Shown: one piece after another, positions 8,622 to 16,619 of the stretch
How the letters are laid out: each line of letters begins with the position of its first letter
How positions within the stretch are numbered: position 1 is the stretch's first letter
Position numbers and translations under genes: made by a program
Source: a virus
Taxonomy: Duplodnaviria; Caudoviricetes
Reading direction: 5' to 3' (one strand)
IMG/VR virus record: IMGVR_UViG_3300048576_000473
Coordinates: 1 to 25,490 of that record
DNA length: 25,490 nucleotides
Notes under the pieces: generated by a model
Database searches by the model: none
What the model was told of the DNA's origin: nothing
What the model saw: the letters and a program-made list of their open reading frames with translations, nothing else

Positions 8622-8823
8622 GCAGGTAATCCTTGACCACTGCCTCGCCCCTTGCCGTACGACGTTGAGGCGAAGTACCTTCGACAAGCCCGCGACGACG
8701 CAGTGCGTAGTACGTGGGCCAGCTCATGTTCGAAGCAGGAAGTTGGAGCAGGCCCATCAGCTGCATGCTGTTTAGCTGCACCGACGTGTCGTCTCCGCAG
8801 TCAAACTTATGGGCCTTGCTCAT
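8605..8823 (-). CDS. hypothetical protein
   Basis: 72-aa ORF coupled to upstream stop. Confidence 0.65.
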   Translation of the reverse strand: MSKAHKFDCGDDTSVQLNSMQLMGLLQLPASNMSWPTYYALRRRGLVEGTSPQRRTARGEAVVKDYLRVRKT

Positions 8824-9155
8824 CAGAACTTCTTCCCGTGCTTGTGTGGGCGAGTCGTATTGAACTCGTGCTTGGCGAGCAATGCGTCGATCAGGGGCAA
8901 ATTACGACCGCCGGCATAATCCATAATGCGGATAATGCAGTCGGCCAGTTCGACAGTAAGGTTGTCGAACGGCACCTTTTCATCCTGGGGATTGCCTTTG
9001 CGCAGCGCTTCAAGCGCTTCGGACAGCTCGCTATGCATGAGGGCAATGGCTTCGGCGTCGTTACGTGGCTCGTCCCACCAGCCCTTGTTGCGAGCGTTGG
9101 CGTGAATGTCGTTGATCAGGTCTTTGCCATGAAGGCGGATTTGGGTGTGGTTCAT
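8823..9155 (-). CDS. mazG: MazG-like nucleotide pyrophosphohydrolase
   Basis: HSELSEALEALR...ELADCIIRIMD...KHEFNTTRPHKHGK. Confidence 0.88.
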   Translation of the reverse strand: MNHTQIRLHGKDLINDIHANARNKGWWDEPRNDAEAIALMHSELSEALEALRKGNPQDEKVPFDNLTVELADCIIRIMDYAGGRNLPLIDALLAKHEFNTTRPHKHGKKF

Positions 9156-9403
9156 CAGATGCGATCCTTGGAAACGGCCTCGATGTACATTTCGAGGTAG
9201 TGCTTGGCTTTCTGGAGGTCTTCCAGGCGCTTGGTCTTGTCACCCTTGCGGCGAGTGATGTATTTCAAGATGTCCTTCTGAAAGAAGTCCAGCTTGTTGG
9301 CGAGCGCGAATTCGATCGGCTGGATAGTGAATTTGAGGTAATGATCACCTCCTACCATTGTCTCCAACGATTTCAACATGCTTCCATGTTCTTTAGGCGG
9401 CAC
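9155..9403 (-). CDS. DUF3310 family protein
   Basis: VGGDHY..IQPIEF..ILKYITR..EDLQKAKHYLE. Confidence 0.85.
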   Translation of the reverse strand: MPPKEHGSMLKSLETMVGGDHYLKFTIQPIEFALANKLDFFQKDILKYITRRKGDKTKRLEDLQKAKHYLEMYIEAVSKDRI

Positions 9404-9962
9404 GTTTCGCCCCCTTCTTGGCCGGCGTATCGAAATGAATGTACTTTGCCATGCGAATCAGGGTTTCGGCCTGGGCGACAGCATCGGCCAGAGCGTTGTG
9501 CGCCACGGTGGCCTTGACGGCGCAGGTTTCGAAGATGTCGCGACCGACGATGTTCTTGATCGTACGGTAGTCGTGACAGGCCCAGTATTCCCAGGGCACG
9601 TTGCTACCGACAGCGTTGTGCGCAGCGGTCAGGATGGGGAAGTCGAACGCGGCGCCGTTGCACCAGACCTTCTTGCCCTTCCACTTGAACGCAGTGCGCA
9701 GGTCGACCAGTGCTTGCTCCAGCGCGACGTGCTTGCCCTTGGTGATGAAGTCGCGAGCGTCTTGGCTCTGATCCATCCACCAGAGCACGGTGCGTGGCTC
9801 GATGGTCAGACCCCACTGAGTGCAGGACTCTGGGGAAATGCTGGTGTAGAACTGTTCGCCGATGCCTTTTTCGGAGAACTCGCACGCTCCGATCGAAAGA
9901 ACGACACAGCCGGGGCTGGTGCCCAGGGTTTCGATGTCGATCATGATGCTTTGGTCAAGCAT
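9393..9962 (-). CDS. DEDDh 3'-5' exonuclease (Rv2179c/exonuclease VIII-like)
   Basis: MIDIETL, WCNGAAFD, DYRT and HNALADA motifs. Confidence 0.9.
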   Translation of the reverse strand: MLDQSIMIDIETLGTSPGCVVLSIGACEFSEKGIGEQFYTSISPESCTQWGLTIEPRTVLWWMDQSQDARDFITKGKHVALEQALVDLRTAFKWKGKKVWCNGAAFDFPILTAAHNAVGSNVPWEYWACHDYRTIKNIVGRDIFETCAVKATVAHNALADAVAQAETLIRMAKYIHFDTPAKKGAKRAA

Positions 9963-9989
9963 TTTCACCTCGTAAGTTTAATGTTGGTT

Positions 9990-10066
9990 TGGTCTCCCCG
10001 GCAGGATTCGAACCTGCGACCCTCTGTTCCCAAAACAGATGCGCTACCAGACTGCGCTACGAAGAG
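9990..10066 (-). tRNA. tRNA-Pro (anticodon UGG), CCA encoded
   Basis: 77 nt; acceptor CTCTTCG/CGGGGAG, D arm, anticodon arm TCTGT-TTTGGGA-ACAGA, T arm GCAGG-TTCGAAT-CCTGC, A73-CCA. Confidence 0.95.
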
Positions 10067-10530
10067 ACTGTCTGCAGAGTTGCCTCATTGAGCCACTATC
10101 TGCGTCGTGGTGGAGTCATGTGCGGGTCACACACACCGATGAGACGCCGGGGCATACAGAGTCTTCCAGAGCCTCGCCCTTGCGAATAACTTGCCGTTGA
10201 CTGGACCAAAGACCAGTTGTACGCATCATTCACAGCAGAGCAGCCTTTGCACCCTAGCCACCAGCCACCCCATTACGAGTTTATGGTCATCGCCCCGGAG
10301 TTGAACCGAGCGAGCCGCTCTACTGTTCCGACTGCTCTTACCCGGCAGTCGGTTTAGGTGTTGGTGGCCGGATGCTTTGGCGGCTCGTCCTTGACCAACA
10401 CTACTGACGACTATCCCGCTGTTTATGGTGTCGCGGTCAGTTGGCTTCCCGTTCCAATCGGTAGTCGCTAGTAGTGTTGGTGCTGGTCGTTTGTATGTCG
10501 GTACGACCAGCTTGACCGTTTGTTCTGGGC
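10067..10530 (-). ncRNA. candidate structured non-coding RNA(s)
   Basis: About 470 nt without a credible ORF; several 8-20 bp helices; tRNA T-loop motif; strand inferred from flanking genes. Confidence 0.45.
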
Positions 10531-10536
10531 CGGCGA

Positions 10537-10770
10537 TTACTCGGCGGTCAAGGCGTCGACGTTGGCCTGGGCGGTTTCGACGGCCTTGGCGGCGGCCTTG
10601 GCCAGCTTGGCGGCTTCCTTGTCCTCGGTGGCACGGGCCTTGGCGACGATCTTGGCCTGCTTCTCCAGCTCCTTGACATCGGCCAGAGCATCCTTGAGGA
10701 CGGCCTTGGCTTCCTTTAGGGCGGCCTTCTTCTCGGCGGCGGACAGAACGGCGGATTGCTTGCGCGGCAT
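10537..10770 (-). CDS. Ala/Lys-rich helical protein (histone H1-like composition)
   Basis: AAEKKAALKEAK...AAKLAKAAAK; AGGAG SD; strongly biased codons. Confidence 0.8.
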   Translation of the reverse strand: MPRKQSAVLSAAEKKAALKEAKAVLKDALADVKELEKQAKIVAKARATEDKEAAKLAKAAAKAVETAQANVDALTAE

Positions 10771-10784
10771 GGTGAATCTCCTAT

Positions 10785-10988
10785 TTAGATGGTGGGTTTC
10801 GGCTGAAGGTTTGAGTTGCGAGCGCGACGCCGAACCTCGCGCTGCAACCGGTTTAAAACTGTTTGACGGCGACGCGTGGCGCTCTCCAGAGTGAGAGCGT
10901 GAGTCAGCTCTTCGTCAGACAGCTTGTAGACCCGAGCTTCAAGCTGTCTGGTGGAGCCGAGCGCCTCAGAGATGAGCCACTCGTTCAT
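10785..10988 (-). CDS. hypothetical basic protein
   Basis: 67-aa ORF starting 3 nt after upstream stop. Confidence 0.65.
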   Translation of the reverse strand: MNEWLISEALGSTRQLEARVYKLSDEELTHALTLESATRRRQTVLNRLQREVRRRARNSNLQPKPTI

Positions 10989-10991
10989 CGT

Positions 10992-11756
10992 TTAGGCCCG
11001 ACGCTTGGCCGGCGCTTTCGGGTTGCGGCCCCGCGGCGGCACCTTGGCGTCGTTGGCAGCAGCGAAGGCCGACACATCCGGCTCGGTCAGCAGGCGCTCG
11101 CGAGCTTCGCCGAGACGGGATTCGACCATGCCCAGGAACGGGTCGTCTTCGACCGGACCCGAGAAGTCGAAACGCAGACTGGGATAGCTCAGGATCGAAT
11201 CGCACTTGATGTTCGTGATGACTTCGTACGGCATCTTGCCCTGGCGAGCGAGGCTCGTGAGGTAGGAGCCGAACGCACGAAGCGCGGTCGGAGAAACGCG
11301 TTGCAAAACGAAGGGCGTTTCCTCGGTCGCATCGGTCGGCAGGAAGGCGATCAGGACGTTGTTACCACAGGCCTTGCCCTTGCCGGCGGACTTGAACTGG
11401 TTGGCCCAGCAGGAGTCGCAGTCGGTGTGCTGGACATCGGGCGAGTTCGGCGACGGAACGGCACCACGCGGTTCCAGGGACAGCGAGAAGCAGTTCGGCG
11501 GGACGATGTTGTTCTCGTCGAAGGCGCCTTCGTAGTAGGCGTTGAAGTAGACGAAGTCGACGATCACGACATCGAGGAAGTCGAGCACGTCTCCGTTGGG
11601 TAGGTTGAACTGCTTGTTCTTGATGCGAACCGTATCGCCCGCTGGAGCCATGAGGCGAGCACGCAGCGCGGCGACGGCTTCGGCGTTGGATGCCGTGGCG
11701 ACGGCAGTGGACTTCTTGGTGGCGACGGCGGTGCCGGTCTTTTTGGCGGTTGCCAT
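10992..11756 (-). CDS. putative ssDNA-binding/recombination protein with Cys (Zn) motif
   Basis: C..CDSCWANQF..GKGKAC motif; lies in replication module; AAGGAG SD; function inferred. Confidence 0.55.
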   Translation of the reverse strand: MATAKKTGTAVATKKSTAVATASNAEAVAALRARLMAPAGDTVRIKNKQFNLPNGDVLDFLDVVIVDFVYFNAYYEGAFDENNIVPPNCFSLSLEPRGAVPSPNSPDVQHTDCDSCWANQFKSAGKGKACGNNVLIAFLPTDATEETPFVLQRVSPTALRAFGSYLTSLARQGKMPYEVITNIKCDSILSYPSLRFDFSGPVEDDPFLGMVESRLGEARERLLTEPDVSAFAAANDAKVPPRGRNPKAPAKRRA

Positions 11757-11794
11757 AGTGGATTCTCCTTGTTAAGAGGTTGTCAGAGGTGAAG

Positions 11795-12208
11795 TTACAG
11801 CGTGCGGATGTTGAGCTTCGGAGTTTCGAAGGACTCGACACCTGCCTTGGACAAAGCCGTTGCGAGGCGCTTGTCGTTCTGGGCCAGTTGCAGCAGCTCC
11901 CGGTATGCCGGATCAGAGACCCGACGTTGAAGCAGATGGTTGTACTTGCCCTTGCCCTTGAGGATGAAGTCCCAGAACGCGTCCCAGTCCTTCACATTTG
12001 CGACCGTCGAGTAGGTGAGCGAGACCTTAAGCTTCTTGCTCTTACCCTCGTCGGTCTGCTGCGCGAGCAGCTCGGCGATGATCGACTTGCGAATCTCGCC
12101 TTCTTCTTTTTCCAGCGGTTTGTCCTGGTCAGCCAGCGCTTGGCGTTTGGTACGCACAGCGTGCAGCTTGTCGATCAGCTGACCAAGGGTCGGTGTTTTC
12201 ATATCCAT
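11795..12208 (-). CDS. phage replication-module protein with coiled coil
   Basis: VKDWDAFWDFI..LLQRRVS motif; GAGGT SD. Confidence 0.75.
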   Translation of the reverse strand: MDMKTPTLGQLIDKLHAVRTKRQALADQDKPLEKEEGEIRKSIIAELLAQQTDEGKSKKLKVSLTYSTVANVKDWDAFWDFILKGKGKYNHLLQRRVSDPAYRELLQLAQNDKRLATALSKAGVESFETPKLNIRTL

Positions 12209-12230
12209 CTGTTTACCTCGTGTGATTCAG

Positions 12231-12258
12231 AGTCTATCAGAGTTGAGAGAAAAGTAAA
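12231..12258 (-). promoter_or_regulatory. putative sigma70-type promoter (TTTACT-16 bp-TAGACT with TGn extension) overlapping CTCTGA repeats
   Basis: Minus strand reads tttact tttctctcaactctga tagact, upstream of the 12208 start. Confidence 0.4.
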
Positions 12259-12273
12259 GCAAATTGCTTCAGA

Positions 12274-14346
12274 TTATTTCATTTTGCGATAACTCTCCCG
12301 AAGGCCAACAATCTCATCCAATTCGAGTTGATCAGCCTTGGTGAGCTTGCTGGCAAAGGATTCATATCCAGGCACGCCGGCGTTACCAAGTAACTCCTTT
12401 GCATACTTAATGTACCAGTCGTAATTGAGATCGCTCGGAAGTTCTTTTGGCAGAGTCAGACAAAGCCGACCGCCCTTAGTGCCAGCTACCGTGTTACCGG
12501 ATTCGACCGCTGTGATCGCAGGCATCGACTTCGTCGTCATGTACCAGCGTGCCACGCGACCGAACGGCACTCCTCCCCTGCCCTCCAGAACGGGCTTGGG
12601 GCGAGAGACTCTGGTCTCGGACTTCTTGTCGTCAGACCAGTGCGGACGGCGCCAGTTGCGCGGTTCGCCGATCCAGTCATCGACTTCGACGAGATGCGTG
12701 TGCTGAACACCGCCACCCTTGATGTTTCGGATGGAGATGAACTGTCGAATATCCTTGCATTCGCGAATCGTGTCTTCGACCGGTGCACCATCAAGCAGGT
12801 ACTTGGTTGCCGCTTCTGCGCAAATCTGGAACGTCGGGCTGACGTTCTCCATCACACCGGCCTTGGCGAAGACTCCCTTGCGTTTCACTTCAGGCGGACT
12901 TGGTGGAAGGACTTGGATCGGACCTTTCGGCGGAATGATGACCTTCTCACGTTCTTCCGTAACAGCACAGTAGCTGTTGACATCACGCATTGCCACCATG
13001 CGATACGGAGTCTCTTCGTATTCGAACCGCGTGCGCTTTGCGTTGGCCTGAACCGCAGCTATAACTTGTTTGCGCTTGGATGGCGGGTAGGAAATCATAA
13101 TGCCATCGGTATTGGCCGATGTGACGTAAACGCCCTTGATTTTTTCGAGTTCCCAGATCAAGCACAGCAGATTCAGCTGACCAGTCAGCGTAACTGCGAG
13201 CATCAGTTCTGGCGCATAGAACGAACAGAAGATGCTGCCGAGTTTGCCGAAGGTTCCGTTCAGAACAATCTTCAGCGTGTTGGCCTTGCGTTTGTTCTTG
13301 GTACGCTTGGCTTCGATGCGGTTGTCGTAGATCGACGTGTACTCGACCAGGAACTTTTCACCCTTGCCTTTGCCGATGTTCGGTGTCAGGCCTGCCTCGA
13401 TCATGATTTTCGGGTAGTACGACGCCGCATCGATGTCCGAGAGCATCCGCTTTTCGGAAGATTTCTCGAAATAACGCAGATCGTGTTTGCTGTGCAGACC
13501 GCCGATGCCGAACTGGTAAATACCGCCGTTGATCCTGATCGAATCGGTCAAGAATTCGGGGAATTCAGGGGAGCCGTTGGCGTAGTTGATCTTGAACAGA
13601 TGGTTTTCAATCTGATCGATCAGCGCATTGATTTGTGGTGAATCGGTCTTGATGAAGTCCGGGGCACGATACTCGACGTACTTCGGAACGATCTTGTCCG
13701 AATTGACAATGCCACAGACTTTTTTCAGAATGGCTTCAGCGACCTGGGCATCGGACTTCGAACGTAGATCAAGACCGTATTGTTGACCAAGTTCAATACG
13801 CAGGTCGAGCTCGGTACGAACCGTCGTGAACAGCCGCTCGGTTTCCTCGATGTCGTTGTCGCAATAATCTTCGACGATCTTGAATTCCTTGGGCGTCTTC
13901 AGATCGTGCGTGTGATCGAAGGGCATGTCCTGGATGTTCGGAGAGTGCATGCGCCCTTCGTAAATCTTCAGGCTCATCATCACGCCGGGAGGGACTTCCT
14001 TGATGTCGATGTGATCGTATTCGACGAAGTCCAGACCGAACTCACGATACGTCTGCCAGCTAACGAGCCTCTCGTCGATGATGGCCTGGGCAATCTGCTT
14101 GAGATCGGTTTCATCGTAGCCAGCAAGCGCTGCAGCGATCAGAAGACGATCGAAATTCTCAGAGTTGAAACCAACGAACGTGTAGTTGCCACTGAGCAAC
14201 ATCTTTTCAAACTTGGCGATGTGGCCCTTCTTGTGACACCAGAAGGTGAATTTCTCGCCAGTCTCGTGAATCTTGACCTTGATCAGAAAATGAGGCTTCT
14301 TCGTGCCGATCAATTCGGTATCAAAGATCGCGTGTTGTTTTGACAT
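12274..14346 (-). CDS. family B DNA polymerase with 3'-5' exonuclease
   Basis: Exo I FDTE, Exo II GFNSENFD, Exo III YCDND; motif A DAASYYP, motif B KIVLNGTFG, motif C NTDG. Confidence 0.92.
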   Translation of the reverse strand: MSKQHAIFDTELIGTKKPHFLIKVKIHETGEKFTFWCHKKGHIAKFEKMLLSGNYTFVGFNSENFDRLLIAAALAGYDETDLKQIAQAIIDERLVSWQTYREFGLDFVEYDHIDIKEVPPGVMMSLKIYEGRMHSPNIQDMPFDHTHDLKTPKEFKIVEDYCDNDIEETERLFTTVRTELDLRIELGQQYGLDLRSKSDAQVAEAILKKVCGIVNSDKIVPKYVEYRAPDFIKTDSPQINALIDQIENHLFKINYANGSPEFPEFLTDSIRINGGIYQFGIGGLHSKHDLRYFEKSSEKRMLSDIDAASYYPKIMIEAGLTPNIGKGKGEKFLVEYTSIYDNRIEAKRTKNKRKANTLKIVLNGTFGKLGSIFCSFYAPELMLAVTLTGQLNLLCLIWELEKIKGVYVTSANTDGIMISYPPSKRKQVIAAVQANAKRTRFEYEETPYRMVAMRDVNSYCAVTEEREKVIIPPKGPIQVLPPSPPEVKRKGVFAKAGVMENVSPTFQICAEAATKYLLDGAPVEDTIRECKDIRQFISIRNIKGGGVQHTHLVEVDDWIGEPRNWRRPHWSDDKKSETRVSRPKPVLEGRGGVPFGRVARWYMTTKSMPAITAVESGNTVAGTKGGRLCLTLPKELPSDLNYDWYIKYAKELLGNAGVPGYESFASKLTKADQLELDEIVGLRESYRKMK

Positions 14347-14542
14347 GGAGTTTCCAAATATCTTCGAGGACTTGGTTAATAGGCACTTCCCATTTCTGGG
14401 AAATGGTTTCGACGACGAGCGTCATGGCTTCGAGAACGAAGGCCGGATCACCGGGTGTTTCAATTTGCCCTTTGAGCTCGCCGTCTTTGTCGCTAAGACT
14501 GATTCGTATTTTTGACATGGGATCAGGTGCCGGTCGCTTCAT
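14321..14542 (-). CDS. hypothetical protein
   Basis: ORF between pilin and polymerase; start uncertain (14542 or 14518). Confidence 0.6.
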   Translation of the reverse strand: MKRPAPDPMSKIRISLSDKDGELKGQIETPGDPAFVLEAMTLVVETISQKWEVPINQVLEDIWKLHVKTTRDL

Positions 14543-14593
14543 GCTGTTTCCCGCAGCACGCTCCAAGTAGGTAGCACGCGACCGGCGAAACTT

Positions 14594-14824
14594 TTAGCAA
14601 TGGACGCCGTTTCCAGCAGAGTCCACAATTTGGCGAGCGCCGCCATCAGCACCAACGACGAAGGAGAAATCGTTGATGCAGCGAGTTTCAACGGCGCCGT
14701 TCGTTCCGAAACTGAGAGTTGTTCCTGGTGCAACGAAACTCGTTCCACTGAGAAATATTGCGAAAAGAATTCCGACGATTGCGATCACAATCATGAGTTC
14801 GATCAAAGTAAAACCATTTTTCAT
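14594..14824 (-). CDS. small type IV prepilin-like protein (class III signal peptide)
   Basis: MKNG|FTLIELMIVIAIVGILFAIF; Glu at +5; two C-terminal Cys; GGAG SD. Confidence 0.9.
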   Translation of the reverse strand: MKNGFTLIELMIVIAIVGILFAIFLSGTSFVAPGTTLSFGTNGAVETRCINDFSFVVGADGGARQIVDSAGNGVHC

Positions 14825-14826
14825 AA

Positions 14827-16164
14827 TCACTCCAGTTCAGAGAGAAATTTCATCAGATTGATTTTCTTGCGCTGCATGGACTCGTAGGCGTTCTCGTCAG
14901 CCGTGTCCTCGGCGATCACAATGATGCACTCGGTCTTAAGTTTCTGGCCGATGCGATGGATACGCTTCGTGCCCTGGATAAAGTGGCGAATGTTGAACGT
15001 CGGACTGGCCCAGATCACTGCGGTGCCCTTGGTGAGCGTAAGCCCATGTGCTGCGCTCGCCGGATGAGCGAAAATCACGCGGTACTTGCCAGCCTGGAAA
15101 TCGTCGGCAATTTCGGGATGGTCAGGATTCCATTCGATCCACTCGATCTTGCGAGCCTTCGCTTCGGCAATGAGTTCTTCGCGCTGGTGATCCCAGTGGT
15201 AGAACACCACGGTGTGTGGGCGTTCGCAGACCAGATCGAGAATCAGCTCGTAGCGTTCGTCCGCTACGCGACAGTAGTCACCTGTACTATCGTAGACGGC
15301 GCCTGATGCGATTTGCAGGAGCTTGTTGGCGACGACCGCTGCGTTGACTGCGCTGATCGTCTTGTCCTTGACCTGGGTGATCGCATCGTTTTTCATCTCG
15401 TCGTACGTTTCGCGATGCTTTTTGTCGAGAGCGAACGAGACCGGGTAAGTGTGCATCTCGGGAATGTCGACGCAATCCTCGAACTTGTGACGGATCGTGA
15501 TGTCTTTCACCAGCTCAGCGACGACAAGTTCGATGCCTTCTTTGTCGATCCATTGCAGATGATTCGCACTTGGGCCTTGTTGTTCCGGTGTGCAGCACGC
15601 AGCACGAAAACCGAAGAACGACTTTCCAAGACGCTTGCCCTTGTCGAGCAAGAAATACTGATGCCACTGGTCGCAGATTGTGTTGCCCTGGGGCGTAGCA
15701 CTCAGAAGGCGCACATATTCAAAATACTGACGCACCTTGACTGCCGCTTTGCTCCGCTGGCTGGTGTGGTGCATGAACGCATCCGACTCATCGACGACGA
15801 GCGTGCCGAACTTCTTCCAAAAGGCCTTGTCGGCAATCTTGGCCAAGTCCTTGACGCCATCGACGTTGACCACGTACACGTCGGCGTCGACCGTCTTGAT
15901 GTCGCCGCGATTCTTGGCGTAGCACAACTGCACACGCAGATGCGGAGCAAATTTGCCGATGTCGTTGTACCACGCTGCACGCATGAGAGACTTCGGACAC
16001 AGGACGAGCATGCGCTTCTTGTCCTTTTTGTGACGCTGAGCAAAGTCGAGAATTTCGACCAGGGTTTTGCCTGTGCCAGCGTCACTTTGATCGAAGACTT
16101 CTTTGCGAGATTTCAGGAAAGAGAGACTGACTTCCTGGTGGGCCATCGGCTTGAATGCGGTCAT
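14827..16164 (-). CDS. SNF2-like (superfamily 2) helicase
   Basis: GTGKT, CPKS, VDES, SATP, HGLTL and RIHRIGQ motifs. Confidence 0.92.
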   Translation of the reverse strand: MTAFKPMAHQEVSLSFLKSRKEVFDQSDAGTGKTLVEILDFAQRHKKDKKRMLVLCPKSLMRAAWYNDIGKFAPHLRVQLCYAKNRGDIKTVDADVYVVNVDGVKDLAKIADKAFWKKFGTLVVDESDAFMHHTSQRSKAAVKVRQYFEYVRLLSATPQGNTICDQWHQYFLLDKGKRLGKSFFGFRAACCTPEQQGPSANHLQWIDKEGIELVVAELVKDITIRHKFEDCVDIPEMHTYPVSFALDKKHRETYDEMKNDAITQVKDKTISAVNAAVVANKLLQIASGAVYDSTGDYCRVADERYELILDLVCERPHTVVFYHWDHQREELIAEAKARKIEWIEWNPDHPEIADDFQAGKYRVIFAHPASAAHGLTLTKGTAVIWASPTFNIRHFIQGTKRIHRIGQKLKTECIIVIAEDTADENAYESMQRKKINLMKFLSELE

Positions 16165-16619
16165 GCCCCGAGTCCTTTCAACAAGCTCTGCAGCTGATGG
16201 AGCGTGTCAAGCTGGCTCTTCTCCTTGTCGCGCATTTCGGCAATTTCGAGTGCGACAGTGTCGAACTCGGAAGCAATTTCGCGAAGACGATGCGCCAAGT
16301 TCTCGATCCGGCTAAGCGGGTCGATTGGTTGTCTGACCGGTTCCAGTTCCTTTTTCACAGGCGTTTCCTTCTTGGGTTTTTCGGTAATCACCGGTTCGCG
16401 GTTGTAGGTATATGGTTTCGAACCATGCTGCTTAACCAATCTGGCATCGACCAATTGAGAGACGCATGCTTCAAGCACATTGCGTTCAATATGCCGACCT
16501 TGGCGCATCATTTCGTTGTTGATTTCATGAAGCGTCCAGGTGCTTTCAATCGGCACGCAGTCAAAAACTTTTTGCGCCAGGGTCGTTTGGCCCCGGAGCT
16601 TTGAAATTAATCGAGTCAT
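16161..16619 (-). CDS. putative winged-helix plus coiled-coil protein
   Basis: WTLHEINNEM...LEACVSQLVDARLVK; C-terminal heptads. Confidence 0.55.
   Translation of the reverse strand: MTRLISKLRGQTTLAQKVFDCVPIESTWTLHEINNEMMRQGRHIERNVLEACVSQLVDARLVKQHGSKPYTYNREPVITEKPKKETPVKKELEPVRQPIDPLSRIENLAHRLREIASEFDTVALEIAEMRDKEKSQLDTLHQLQSLLKGLGA

Noticed and set aside
9964-9973. Recurrent ACGAGGT before several genes (also near 313, 12215 and 21292)
   Set aside because: Explained as Shine-Dalgarno sequences
10108-10271. Canonical tmRNA
   Set aside because: Only about 165 nt, no GTTC T-loop and no recognisable tag reading frame; kept only as a weak tRNA-like observation
10394-10481. Long inverted repeat as a retron msr-msd or DGR element
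   Set aside because: No reverse transcriptase in the window and no TR/VR pair with adenine-specific differences seen
14827-16164. DESD instead of DExH in the SNF2 Walker B motif as a sign of inactivation
   Set aside because: The catalytic DE and the other motifs are intact; the fourth position varies in phage SNF2-like helicases
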